Below, one piece after another: positions 32,861 through 43,175 of a stretch of 64,000 nt of DNA. Made by a program: the position numbers and the translations under genes. The DNA lies in NCBI GenBank assembly GCA_963749495.1, contig CAVVMW010000006.1, positions 96,001 to 160,000 on the forward strand. Reading direction: 5' to 3'. Within the stretch, counting starts at the first letter, position 1. Each line of letters starts with the position of its first letter. Source of the DNA: an uncultured bacterium (GTDB taxonomy: Bacteria; Verrucomicrobiota; Verrucomicrobiia; Limisphaerales; UBA8199). The notes under the pieces were generated by a model. It worked only from the letters and a program-made list of their open reading frames with translations, was not told the origin of the DNA and did no database searches.

Positions 32861-33937
32861 TCAGCGGCGGCGTAGGCCGGCGTAGTCTTTCAGCGCCTTT
32901 TCGAGTCGGGCAAAGGCCCGGTCCCGACAATCCCACTCAACGGCCCGTTTTGCTTCGACCAGCTTCTTCCACTGTTGGGGGTGGGCCAGACCAGAGGCGC
33001 GCGTGCCCAGCGCCAAATCAAGGAAGTGATCGTAAGCCGTCTCATAGGTGCGCCAGTACTCGCGAACAAACCCCCGTACGGCATTGCGCCACTGGGGAAA
33101 ATTATCTTTGGTAATTGGCAAGGCCAGGTCCGCGCACTTTCTCTCCCAGTCTGTGATCTGGATGAAGCCGCTTGGCACTCGATAGTACGTCACACTAACG
33201 GGCGCTCCCCATAGGTTTGTTTTTCGGCGCGTGCTCGGTTGCACGCTGGTGACATTGTTGTTGAGCAGTAGTTGAACGAGGCCGCCAGTCACTTTGCACT
33301 CATCCACGGCCCAGGCAACCAGGCGGAGCCAATCGCTGTAGCGCCCGAGTCTTTGGCCTTTGGCTGTGAAGGATCGCTGCCCGACACGCAATCGGTCAAC
33401 GCGTTCGGAAGCGAGATCAATGTCCTGTTTGTTTTGGCTGAGTAGCACGGGCCAGCGGTCGCATGTCTCGGCAACCTTGCGGAGCAGGTCTGGTTGTATT
33501 TCCTGCAAGGTCTCAAGTTGGCGCGCCAGGTCATAGGCGCGGTGAACAAAGAAGCTCAGGGCTGTCTCATTGCCGGCGGCGGCCCGGAGGAGCACTTGGC
33601 CAAGCGCGTCCGTGGCCTGGGGCAGAAGCTCTTCAAAGGAACGGCGGTCTATGCCCTTGGCGATTTCCTCCGGTGAGCGCAGCAGTTCGCTTGGCATGTT
33701 CCAATCGAAACCCCGAAAGCGAGAAGGGCGGTAAAGATACTCCTTCTCACTGGCGGCATAGACCTTGCGGAATTTGCCCGGCGCTATGCGCTCGAAGTCT
33801 TGTTGCGGGGGCTGCGGATTCTCCTCTGCGTAGCCGTTGTCGCGGAACCAAGCCAGATTGTAATAGCCCGGCTGTTGGTGCGCGTACCGCGGCGGGCTGG
33901 CGGGAGTGTCGGCGGCGGGCTTGGGTGTTTCGTTCAT
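32861..33937 (-). CDS. Hypothetical protein (island)
   Basis: ~358-aa ORF with GAGG RBS between integrase and excisionase. Confidence 0.7.
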   Translation of the reverse strand: MNETPKPAADTPASPPRYAHQQPGYYNLAWFRDNGYAEENPQPPQQDFERIAPGKFRKVYAASEKEYLYRPSRFRGFDWNMPSELLRSPEEIAKGIDRRSFEELLPQATDALGQVLLRAAAGNETALSFFVHRAYDLARQLETLQEIQPDLLRKVAETCDRWPVLLSQNKQDIDLASERVDRLRVGQRSFTAKGQRLGRYSDWLRLVAWAVDECKVTGGLVQLLLNNNVTSVQPSTRRKTNLWGAPVSVTYYRVPSGFIQITDWERKCADLALPITKDNFPQWRNAVRGFVREYWRTYETAYDHFLDLALGTRASGLAHPQQWKKLVEAKRAVEWDCRDRAFARLEKALKDYAGLRRR

Positions 33938-34026
33938 ACTGCCTCTATCAGTTGCCCGCCGGGGGGTGATAGAGGCACTGCCCCGGCAGGACTTCCCCAG
34001 CGGATCAGGCCGGGGCGAATTGTCAC

Positions 34027-35334
34027 TCAGGTTGACGGCTGCACGGCGGCTTGTCCAGCGGCCAGTGTGATCACGTTGGCGGGCCGGGCGGGCGACACGG
34101 CGAACCACGCTTGCGCCTGGTCCTTTGTCGCCAGGGCCTTGTAGTGCTTGTGGATCATGTCCGGGCTGTTCCCGGCTTCCTTGGCGGTCAGGCCCTCATC
34201 GGCGTGCAGGGCGTAGTGGTAGGTGATGAACGCGTGCCGCAGTCCGTTCTCGCGGTTAGGGACTTTCACGGCCTCGCGGAGCGTGGCCAGGCCGATATGG
34301 ATCATATCGTAGGACTTCGGCCAGATCCGCCCCGTCCGCCCGCGATACGGTTCGAGCCATTGGGCGAGGGAATCACAGACCGTGATGAGCCGGCGGCTTC
34401 GGGTCTTGGATTTGCTCGCCTTGACTTCGATGTAGCCCGGAGTGGCGAAACACTCCTCCCAAGTCAGTCTTATGATCTCCCGCCAGCGCATTCCAGCCAG
34501 GCCAGCCAGGAGTATCATCGGGCGCAGGTCCTCGTCGGCCTCGTCCGCGTTGTCGAGCAGGAGGCGCAGTTCGCCGGGCCGGTAGTATTCAATGTCGCCC
34601 GGTTCGTCCTCCTCTGCTTTCATCCCGCCGGCCTCAAATAGTCTATGCGTTGCGGCCAGGTAGTCCTTTTCCATGCACCAGCGCAAAAACAGTTTCACGA
34701 TGCCCCGGCGTTCGTTCCGGGTCTTGGGCGAGGCGCCGGTGTATGCCGACATGTAGGCGTCCAAGTGCTGCTTTTCCAGGTCGCAAACAGCGTGCCCAGG
34801 GAATGCCTTGGCGAATTGGCGAAGCCAGATGGACGTATTGTAATGGTGCTCGGGCGAAATCTTTGGCCGCTTGCCCTCCCTCGGGGCCACGGTCTTTTTC
34901 CTGCGGTCCTCGATTATCTCCTCCACCGCCTCGGCCAGGTCCTTCCGCCTCACTGTGGCCACAGTGGACAGAAAGCCGTCCACGGCCTCGCCCAGGCTGT
35001 GCCCGTCGAGCTTCCCAGCCGCTTCCCAGTATTCCGACACGGCGCCCAGGAGGGAAAGCCGCTTCCCGGTCTTCTGGTAGAACCGGTCAAGGGTTTGGAG
35101 CGCGGCCAAGGCATCGGTGGCTTGCCCGCCAGTCAAGGCGGCAGCCTGTGAGCCGTTGGCGATCTCGCGCACCAGTTTGTCAGCGGCGGCCTTGGCCTCG
35201 CCATAGGTGCGGTAGCTGGCCATGCGCCGCTTGCCCGCCACGTAGGCGCAGACGCGGTAAAAGGCGTAGTGCTTCGATTTGCCGTAGATCCTGGCCTCGG
35301 CCTTGCGGTATCGGACTGTTTTCGGAAACCTCAC
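34027..35334 (-). CDS. int: Tyrosine recombinase / phage-type integrase
   Basis: 'GMRWRE', 'KT..RR', 'GLRHAF', 'GNSPDMIHKHY'; adjacent to the tRNA att. Confidence 0.92.
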   Translation of the reverse strand: MRFPKTVRYRKAEARIYGKSKHYAFYRVCAYVAGKRRMASYRTYGEAKAAADKLVREIANGSQAAALTGGQATDALAALQTLDRFYQKTGKRLSLLGAVSEYWEAAGKLDGHSLGEAVDGFLSTVATVRRKDLAEAVEEIIEDRRKKTVAPREGKRPKISPEHHYNTSIWLRQFAKAFPGHAVCDLEKQHLDAYMSAYTGASPKTRNERRGIVKLFLRWCMEKDYLAATHRLFEAGGMKAEEDEPGDIEYYRPGELRLLLDNADEADEDLRPMILLAGLAGMRWREIIRLTWEECFATPGYIEVKASKSKTRSRRLITVCDSLAQWLEPYRGRTGRIWPKSYDMIHIGLATLREAVKVPNRENGLRHAFITYHYALHADEGLTAKEAGNSPDMIHKHYKALATKDQAQAWFAVSPARPANVITLAAGQAAVQPST

Positions 35335-35414
35335 GTTTCCACTCTCAGATTCGGGCGGATTTTGTGCGGAATCTGTGCGGGACACGCCGGACTGCTCATT
35401 TTCGCCTGAAAAAC

Positions 35415-35488
35415 TGGCTGTCCGGCATGGATTCGAACCATGACAAAGAGCTCCAAAGACTCTTGTGCTACCATTACACCACCGGACA
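35415..35488 (-). tRNA. tRNA-Gln (TTG)
   Basis: TGTCCGG acceptor, anticodon arm AGAGT-CTTTGGA-GCTCT, GGTTCGAATCC T-arm, encoded CCA. Confidence 0.95.
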
Positions 35489-35939
35489 AGATCGTGGACC
35501 CGCGGCCGCCTTCGGGCCGCCGGTGCCCGAACGCCAGTCAAAGTGTCATCAAAGAGACCCAGCCGCAAGCAAATACGAACCCGAGGGCGGGGAGGGCTGT
35601 AGGACAAGAATCTCTACAAAATGGATTTTGCCAGGCTTTCGTCACAACGAGTGTTTAGGAGTCCGGATACGAACTGGCACGGACAACATCGAGGCCGTCG
35701 CGTCAGGCCGGATCTTCGTTTCCTTGTGTTCTGTTCCTGTGGCCAGTCGGCGGGACGTGGGGAAAGAACAGAAGGGAACGGAGGAAACGAAGGATCGAAG
35801 GCCCGGATCAGCTCTGAGGTCTGCGATCCGGAGGCCCAAGAAGAACTCTGTGTCACACCCGATTTGTCGATGATGGCGGTTTCGATGTGGGTATTGAATT
35901 AGGGTTGAATGCGGCGGCGCATCTGCTACAAGAACCCCC

Positions 35940-36833
35940 ATGAAGATCAACCGACGCCACTTTCTGAAATCGGCCGGGCTGGGGATGGGCGCGCTGGCGG
36001 CGCAGGCGGCGCAGGCCGGCGGGGCGGCCGGTGCCACCGGGCCCGGCTTTCTGGCGGGCGCACCCACAATGCGCCTGGGCCTGGTCACCTACAACCTCGC
36101 CCAGGACTGGGACATCCCCGCCATCATCAGGAATTGCGAGGCGGCCAAATTCGAGGGCGTCGAACTGCGCACCGGCCATGCCCACAAGGTCGAGGTCAAC
36201 CTCTCGAAGCAGGAGCGCGAGACGGTGAAGAAGGCCTTTGCCGATTCGAAGGTCCAGCTCATGGGCCTGGGCAGCATCTTCGACTACCATACGCCCGACG
36301 CGGCCAAACTGAGCAAGGACATCGAGGCCACGCGCCAATACATCGTCCTGGCCCAGGACGTTGGCGCCAGCGGCATCAAGGTGCGGCCCAATGGGTTGCC
36401 CAAAGAGGTGCCGGTCGAAAAGACCCTTGCCCAGATCGGCCGCGCGCTGGGCGAGTTGGGCGACTTTGCCCGCAACCATGGGCAGGTGATCCGGCTGGAG
36501 GTCCACGGCGCCGGCACCGCCTTCCCGCCCTACATCAAGACCATCCTCGATACGGCCAACCATCCCAGCGTGGGCGCCTGCTGGAACTCGAACGCCTCCG
36601 ACCTCGCCGGCCAGGGCTGGGACTACAATTTCAACCTGCTCAAGGACAAGATCTTCTCCGTGCACATGACCGACCTGTTCCAGGAGGAGTATCCCTATCG
36701 CAAATTGCTCGCCGGCCTCAACGGCATCCATTTCCAGGGCTTTTGCCTGGCGGAGATCCCCGCCAGTTCGGACCCGGTGCGCGTGATGAAATACTACCGG
36801 GCCCTGTGGCTGGCATACCAGGGGCTGCTGTAG
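35940..36833 (+). CDS. Tat-exported sugar phosphate isomerase/epimerase (xylose isomerase-like TIM barrel)
   Basis: 'INRRHFLK' Tat motif; 'GVELR', 'IRLEVH', 'SVHMTD'. Confidence 0.85.
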   Translation: MKINRRHFLKSAGLGMGALAAQAAQAGGAAGATGPGFLAGAPTMRLGLVTYNLAQDWDIPAIIRNCEAAKFEGVELRTGHAHKVEVNLSKQERETVKKAFADSKVQLMGLGSIFDYHTPDAAKLSKDIEATRQYIVLAQDVGASGIKVRPNGLPKEVPVEKTLAQIGRALGELGDFARNHGQVIRLEVHGAGTAFPPYIKTILDTANHPSVGACWNSNASDLAGQGWDYNFNLLKDKIFSVHMTDLFQEEYPYRKLLAGLNGIHFQGFCLAEIPASSDPVRVMKYYRALWLAYQGLL

Positions 36834-36913
36834 GGCGACTGGCGGGATTAAACCGCTTGGTGCAACAAGACCATGCAAGTAGCGTCCGTTCCAAGCGCGC
36901 CGCTATCTGGGAG

Positions 36914-37100
36914 CTTTGTCGCAGCCTTTGTCGCAACCTTTGTCGGGGAATGGCTCATTCGACAAAGGTCGCGACAAAGGCCGCGACAAAGATCCAAAAC
37001 CCGCATGGGTGTGCCAATGTTGGTTTTTCTGATTTAGCTGGGACTTTTGTCGCAGCCTTTGTCGCAACCTTTGTCGGGTTGGCTATGCCTCGACAAAGGT
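36914..37100. repeat. Two hairpins of 12-bp CTTTGTCG/CGACAAAG units
   Basis: Same family as 10245, 13450 and 45783. Confidence 0.85.
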
Positions 37101-37145
37101 CCGGCATCGGCGCTCCGACGGTCATTTTGCCGGCGGCCCTTGGAG

Positions 37146-37628
37146 TCATTCGAGCTTCCGGCGAAACATCCCCCTGGGGTCGGCCAGGTTGAATTCGGAG
37201 AGGTCGAGGCCGGAGCCGGGGCTGCGGGCCTGGGCGAGCCGGAGTTGGGAGCCGATGCGCTGGGCGGCGGGCTGGGCAAAGTATTTCACCATGCCTACGC
37301 TGACCTGGGCCTGGAAGATGATCACCAGGAGGCATTGGTTGTCGATGGCCAGGACCAGCAGGCTGAACTGTTCGCCCTGCTGATACAGGCTGTTGAACTG
37401 GGTCTCGCGGACCAGGCCGGCGATGGTCTGGTTGGCCATGAAGGCGCCGGCGGCCAGGGCAGCGATGCTGGTGAGGTCGAACTGGCGTGTGTCGCCGCGG
37501 CTGCTGATGAGGAAGCCGCCCAGGTCGGTGATGAGGGCGGTGGTGGCGTCGGTTTGCGCCAGCAATTGCTGCAGCTCGGCCTCCAGCCGCAGGACGTCCT
37601 CCTCCACCAGTTGGGGCAATGTGGCCAT
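37146..37628 (-). CDS. mglB: Roadblock/LC7 protein, MglB-like
   Basis: 'ALITDLGGFLI...SIAALAAGAFMANQTIAGLVRE..FNSLYQQG'; adjacent to mglA. Confidence 0.8.
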   Translation of the reverse strand: MATLPQLVEEDVLRLEAELQQLLAQTDATTALITDLGGFLISSRGDTRQFDLTSIAALAAGAFMANQTIAGLVRETQFNSLYQQGEQFSLLVLAIDNQCLLVIIFQAQVSVGMVKYFAQPAAQRIGSQLRLAQARSPGSGLDLSEFNLADPRGMFRRKLE

Positions 37629-37629
37629 G

Positions 37630-38244
37630 TCAGGCATACTGCGGGGCGCGCTGGCTGATGAACTTGTGGAGCAGCAGGCGCGTGATCATGTTGAGGGTCT
37701 CGAAGACGCCTTCGCATCGGTGGGCGCTCGAGGTGAAGGCCGGGACCAGGAGGTCGCGGTTGTTGAGCAGGAAATCCATGTACTCGACCGGCGCGGCATT
37801 GGGCAAGTCGCGCTTGTTGTACTGCAGGACATAGGGGATGTCCGCCAGGTCCAGCTTGAGAGTCCGGAGGTTCTCCTCGAGGTTGGCAAAGCTCTCGACG
37901 TTCTCGGCCATCTTCTCATACTGCGAGTCGGCCACGAAGACGATGCCGTTGACGCCCCGCAGGACCAACTGCCGGGTGGTGTTATAGATGACCTGGCCGG
38001 GGACGGTGTAGAGTTGGAACTTGGTCTTGAAGCCCTTGATGGACATGGCTTCGATGGGCAGGAAATCGAAGAAGAGGGTGCGGTCCGAGCTGGTGGCCAG
38101 GGAGACGAGCTTGCCCTTGTGTCCGGCATCGGTTTGGACATGGTCGTGGACCTGGACGAGGTTGGTGGTCTTGCCGCCCATGGCCGGGCCGTAATAGACG
38201 ATCTTGACCTGGAGTTCCTTAGTGGCCTGGTTGATGAGGGCCAT
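37630..38244 (-). CDS. mglA: MglA-family small GTPase
   Basis: 'KIVYYGPAMGGKTTNL', 'DRTLFFDFLP', 'LYTVPGQV', 'QYNKRDLP'. Confidence 0.92.
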   Translation of the reverse strand: MALINQATKELQVKIVYYGPAMGGKTTNLVQVHDHVQTDAGHKGKLVSLATSSDRTLFFDFLPIEAMSIKGFKTKFQLYTVPGQVIYNTTRQLVLRGVNGIVFVADSQYEKMAENVESFANLEENLRTLKLDLADIPYVLQYNKRDLPNAAPVEYMDFLLNNRDLLVPAFTSSAHRCEGVFETLNMITRLLLHKFISQRAPQYA

Positions 38245-38247
38245 AAT

Positions 38248-39919
38248 TCATTTGGGTTTGTGGGCCAATTCCGCGGCCAGGGCGGCCAGTTGTGACGCGG
38301 GCAGGGCCGCGCCCGCGCAGCCGAAGGCCGCAAAGAAGATCGAGTTCACACGGAAGATCTTCCACGGGGTGCTGCCCACGGTGAAATTCAGATTGTTGAG
38401 TTCACCCATGCGCAGCTCTTTGATGCACTGGCTGACCCTGGCGAAGATCTGCGGCAGAAACGCCGCCAGGGTGTCGGCATTCAAGTCCGGTCCCAGCCGG
38501 CTGGCCACCAGCAGCCCGTCCGGCAAGCCGATGAGCGCACCGGCCACATTGTCCAGGGCCGCCGCGCGGGAGACGATCTCGTTGGGCGTCGCGTGTTTGG
38601 CGGCGAAGCGGGTCCCGGCATTCGGTCCGCGCCTGGCCTCCTCCGCGCGCTGCCGCACCGTATCGGCCGCATCATCCCAGGTGTAATAGTTGCTGTTGGC
38701 CGCCGCCGGGGCCGCTGCCGCGGGCGCCGGCGCGCTGCCGGCCGACCCTGCCTCCGGCTTGGGAAAACCGAAAAACAGGTTGGGAATCTGCTCGTCAATG
38801 GTGACCGCTTGGCGCGATTGGCTGGTCTGGCGCTGGCGGGCCAGGAAAAGCGGGGCGATGAGCGAGAGCGGCACCTCGACCACCAGGCTGTCCGCCGGGG
38901 AGGCCGACGGCGGGACCGCGGGTCGAATCCAGGACCGCAAGGTCTTCCAACTGAAGGCGACCCGGCCCTGTTTGAGCGCGCACTCGATCGTCTCGCCAGG
39001 CAGGGCCACCTTTGCCTCGACCAGGTTCAACTGAACGATCTCGCGGCGCACCGCCTCGGGCCAGCCTTCCGCCATGGCTGCCAGGCCCAGGACGAACGAC
39101 TGAGGCGGTTCAACCGAGGCGCCCCGGGGCGCCGCAGGCAGCACACTCAGGCCACGCTGCACTCGGGGCGGGGAACTCAATCCGGGCGGGGTCGGGGGCG
39201 CCATCGGAGCCGCCGCAGACGGCGCCATCGGGATCGCCATCGGCGTGCCCCCAAGGGGGTTGCCCGGGCTGCGGGGCGCCAGGGGCGCCATCGGGGAGGG
39301 CAAACCGGCGTGGTGCGGCGGCGTGCTGGGAATCGCCAACAGCGGCCCTGGTTCCGGCGCCAGCTCCGGGGTGAGTGTGCCGTCCCGGACCGCCACCGGC
39401 TGGCCCTGGGCATCGAACGGGCTGAACACCTCCTCGGGCAGGCTCGACCTGCTTTTGACCGCGCCGGCGCAGAATGAAGGCGGGGTTCAGACGGCAGAGG
39501 ATCTCGCCCAGTGGCAGCGTCACCAGGATGGCGTCCCGGTCGGCCTCCTGCGCGAAGACCTGGGGCACGGCCCGGCGCAAGGCGCCGAAGGGAATCTTCA
39601 CCACACCGCGCGCCAGTTGCGGGAGAATGGCCTCGAGCGAGATCGGAACCGTGAGGTTGCCGGCGTCTCTGCAGCGGACACGCGGGTGCAACTCCAGCGG
39701 CAGCCCATTGAGGATCGCCTGCAAGGGCAGCCGGAGGCTGCTGCTATTGCCTTCGCCATTGCCGTTGCCATGGCCCCCGGGACGGCCGGCCGCGTGCAAC
39801 GGCCTCGGAGACTCGAGCTCGACGGCGGGCCGCGAGACGGGCCGGGGCTCTGGCGGGTCCTGGGCCGTGGCCGGCGCCGGGGCCAGCCGGGCCAGGACGC
39901 TTTTGAGAAAACCCAACAT
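38248..39919 (-). CDS. Large protein with two repeated unknown domains and C-terminal roadblock domain; frameshift near 39440
   Basis: ORFs 39110..39919 and 38248..39429 join at 'VE-LPEEVFSPF'; C-terminal 'VAGALIGLPDGLLVAS...LAAFLPQIF'. Confidence 0.7.
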
Positions 39920-40011
39920 TTTACGGCATCAGGTTCGTAGTGGTCATCGCTGACATTTCCGCGGTCCTGGGTGCAGGAACTGTGCCAGGGGCGGCGCAGG
40001 GGCGCCCCTTA

Positions 40012-40150
40012 CCATGAACCGCGGCAAGTCCGAAGGTTCTGGACTGCGCCAGTCCTCCGGCGCTTTCGCGTCCCCTGGTTCCCAAAAGCGCCAGAGGACT
40101 GGCGCAGTCCAAAACGCTTCGCGCCCGGCGAGGCCCGTCCGGTTCGTGGT
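40012..40150. repeat. REP/MITE-like element (same family as 8619-8767)
   Basis: CCATGAACC...GGTTCGTGG ends with internal GGACTGCGCCAGTCCTC hairpin. Confidence 0.8.
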
Positions 40151-40395
40151 CCCAAGGCGGGATTGCCGAATCAGGCCTGTCCCATCAGTGGACTCGGTGT
40201 CCCACGGTTGCGCCGATGGGACGCGGGATTTGCGCCATGTCGGCGAGTCGTCCGGGAGCAACCAGCACGTCCGCCCTGGTTTTGGGGGTGCCTGGCCAGC
40301 CAGGGTGCAAACGGAACGGTATTTGCTGTCAAAACGAGGACCGGGCCTGGCCGTTCCAGGAACCCGGATTGAAACCGACATTGTGTTGGCAGTTT

Positions 40396-41471
40396 ATGCG
40401 TAAAGTCACTGGCCAGCGCCCCAAAATCCTGTTGGTGGATGATGAGCCGGCGCTGCTGGAGAGCTACCGGGAACTGCTGGGCCAATTGCCGAGCCGGCCT
40501 GAGATTCACACCGCCAGGTCCGGCCGGCGCGCCCTGGCCCTGCTGGAGTCCGAGCCGTTCCGGCTGCTGCTGTGCGATCTGAGGATGCCCCGGATGGACG
40601 GCCTGCAAGTGCTCTCGGTCGTCCGGCGCAAGCATCCGCAGTTGCGGACGGTGGCGTTGACCTCGGTCTTGGACGAGCAATTACGTTCGAGGGCCTACGC
40701 GCTGGGCGTGGACATGTTCTGGCAGAAGCCCGTCAGCGAGGACGAGATCCGGATGTTTCTGGAGTGTCTGGAGTCGTTGCTGGGCCCCGAGATGGAAGGG
40801 GGCTTTCGGGGCGTGCAGAACAAGAGCCTGGTGGACATCATCCAACTGGAGTGCCTGTCCCAGAGCTCGCTGGTGCTCCACATTGCCAACGGCGCGCTCG
40901 CCGGCCGGATCTGGATACAGGACGGCCAGGTCATCGAATGCCGAGACCGAGGAATTGAAGGGGGAACGGGCCTTCCAGCAGATACTTTCCTGGCGGGCGG
41001 GCCACTTCGGAAACCCTGCCCCCGGACCCGGCCCGCCCTCGGGCGATTTCAAAGCCCTACAACGGCCTGCTCCTGGAGTGCGCCCAGGCCTTGGACGAAA
41101 GCCGGACCGCGCCCGGGCCTGAAGCCGCGCCCGGGCCCGCACAGGCGAGCCCGCCGGGTCTCTCGGAAATCGAGGGCCTGGAGTTCGTGCTGGCCTTCGA
41201 GCGGGGCGAATCCGACCCCAAGGTTGCCCGCGGCCTGGAGAACCCCAAACCCATGGCAGCCTGGGCGCAAGTGAGTCTGGCGGGCTTCCGTTCCCTGGGC
41301 GAGCGGCTCCGCGCCGGCCCGCTGGAACAACTGGAGGGCCTGGGGCCCCAACGCCAGGTGGCCCTGGCCGGCCAGGGCGACCTCGAGTTCTGCGTCGGCT
41401 GGAGACCCACCCTGGCCGCAAGCCGTGTGCGAACGTTGATGAACAAAGTCCTCTCCCTATGGGCCTCTTGA
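40396..41471 (+). CDS. Response regulator REC + DUF4388/PATAN-like + roadblock-like tail, frameshifts near 40940 and 41010
   Basis: 'ILLVDDE', 'DLRMPRMDG', 'GFRGV...SLVDIIQLECLS...GRIWIQDGQVI', 'GERAFQQILSW..G.F'. Confidence 0.75.
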
Positions 41472-41767
41472 AATGTCTTGCCAAACCGCCGCCCAATTTG
41501 CTGCGCCTGCCCTCGGGCAGCTTCACCGTCGATTCCCACGGCAGCATCCTGGCCGCCACCCTGCCTTCCAGTTATCCTCGAGCCCTGATGGGCGAGATCG
41601 CCCAGCAGGTGCTCAGCACTTTTCATCAGGCGGGGGCGTCGCAGTTGCCGCTCGCCCAAATCAGCGTCCACTATGCCAGCCTCAAGATCACTGCCCGCGC
41701 CCTGCGCGGCGGTGCACTTGTCTTTCTCGCCCCAAGGGCGCCCTTTGACCCATCCACTCCGCGTTGA
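41459..41767 (+). CDS. Small protein, possible degenerate roadblock fold
   Basis: 'GSFTVDSHGSILA...LKITARALRGGALVFL'; overlaps the upstream gene. Confidence 0.6.
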   Translation: MGLLKCLAKPPPNLLRLPSGSFTVDSHGSILAATLPSSYPRALMGEIAQQVLSTFHQAGASQLPLAQISVHYASLKITARALRGGALVFLAPRAPFDPSTPR

Positions 41768-41782
41768 TTGCCTTTTCTCCCT

Positions 41783-42178
41783 ATGCACACGACCAAACTG
41801 GCTCAACTCATCAACCAGATGGAGAACTACCTCGAGTGCTGGAAGCAGTTCAACAGCTTCCTCAACCTCGGCCGCGAAAAACGACTCGGCCAGGAAGAAG
41901 AAACCCAGTTCCTCGAAGTCAAGAGCGTGCTCATTCAACAACTGGAACTCATCCTGTCCTCCATCGAGGTCGGCTCCCCCACGCGCGAGGAGGTCCACGC
42001 CCTCATCGGCAACGCCCCCTCCTTGCGCTATCTCAGTGAGTTGAACGACGGCGCCCTGCGCAACCTCGAAAACCAGTGGCACAAGATCTACATCGGCTGG
42101 CACGCCATCCTCGGCCAGTTGAAAGTCCGCCAACGCACCCAGGAGCACAAACACGCCTGGGCCGCGCTCTTCGGTTGA
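41783..42178 (+). CDS. Hypothetical alpha-helical protein
   Basis: Clean 131-aa ORF with typical codon usage. Confidence 0.7.
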   Translation: MHTTKLAQLINQMENYLECWKQFNSFLNLGREKRLGQEEETQFLEVKSVLIQQLELILSSIEVGSPTREEVHALIGNAPSLRYLSELNDGALRNLENQWHKIYIGWHAILGQLKVRQRTQEHKHAWAALFG

Positions 42179-42278
42179 GGCACCAGGGACGAAAGAATTC
42201 TGTCTCACACCCGGGAGGGTGCGACGCCAGACAATTTGCTTGCTCCCGCGACCCTGCCGCCCTATCCGTGTCGCTCGT

Positions 42279-42911
42279 ATGAACACGCCCTCTCCACACG
42301 CTCTCCCGGCCGTTCGGATCGCACTCGGACTGTTGGTCTCCCTCACTGCCGGTGAGGCCCAGGTGACGCCTCCGGCCACGCTGGTGCTCACTGAGGCCGA
42401 CAATGGGACCACGGTGGGTGCGGTCGTTGGGCAAGCGATCCAGGTCGATCTGCGCGGCAACCCGAGCACGGGCTACGCCTGGGTGCTGGCCGGCACCAAC
42501 GGCGGCTCGGTCCTGCCCAACGGACCAGTGGACTACACCCAGGATCCGGGCGGCGGGGTGGGACGTGGCGGCACCTTTGCCTTTCCGTTCCTGGCGGCGG
42601 GAGCGGGCGATACGACGCTCTCATTTGAGTATCGACCACCGGGAGGGGGTGCGCCTCCCCAGAGCTTTACGGTGACGATCCAGGTTGCCGCGGCGCCGCC
42701 ACCGCGGCTCTCTATCAAGCTGGTCCAGACGGCCGCGATTATTTCCTGGCCCATGGCCTCGAGCACCAACTTCTTCCTGGAGGGCTCTCCGGCCCTTGAC
42801 CCGCCGCAGTGGGCGGCGCTGAATGTGGCGCCATTGCCGGAGGGCACCAATTACACCGTTACACTCGGGGCCGGTGGCAAGGCACTCTATTTTCGGCTCC
42901 ATCACCTGTGA
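42279..42911 (+). CDS. Secreted chagasin-like (I42) protease-inhibitor protein with C-terminal 'YFRL' domain
   Basis: Signal peptide; 'LRGNPSTGYAW', 'VGRGG', 'FEYRPP'. Confidence 0.8.
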   Translation: MNTPSPHALPAVRIALGLLVSLTAGEAQVTPPATLVLTEADNGTTVGAVVGQAIQVDLRGNPSTGYAWVLAGTNGGSVLPNGPVDYTQDPGGGVGRGGTFAFPFLAAGAGDTTLSFEYRPPGGGAPPQSFTVTIQVAAAPPPRLSIKLVQTAAIISWPMASSTNFFLEGSPALDPPQWAALNVAPLPEGTNYTVTLGAGGKALYFRLHHL

Positions 42912-43175
42912 GGCGGCTGGAGGATGCGGTGGTGGATGGGGGGGCATTCCGGCACCACCCCGCCGGCTGCGGCGAAATGGGAGTGCGCCCGTCCTCGGGC
43001 GCAGCGACATCCGCAGCCAGGGCAGCGGTCAAGCATTCCGGCGCGCCTGCCCGCTCCATCGCTGCTGCGCCCGGGGACGGGCGCACTCCGGGGGGCAGTT
43101 TCGGGATACGCCCAGGATGCGGTGGTGGATGGGGCTGCGCTCGACAAGCGGGGGCGGCTCCTATATTCTGCGGTT

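Larger units (their letters stand above)
24848..35443. mobile_element. Integrative phage-satellite-like genomic island in the tRNA-Gln 3' end
   Basis: 32-bp direct repeat AACTGGCTGTCCGGCATGGATTCGAACCATGA at 24848-24879 and 35412-35443; integrase, excisionase and primase-helicase inside; no capsid or tail genes recognised. Confidence 0.92.

Noticed and set aside
35335..35607. N-terminal extension of the integrase ORF
   Set aside because: It runs through the tRNA and att site; the likely start is GTG at 35334
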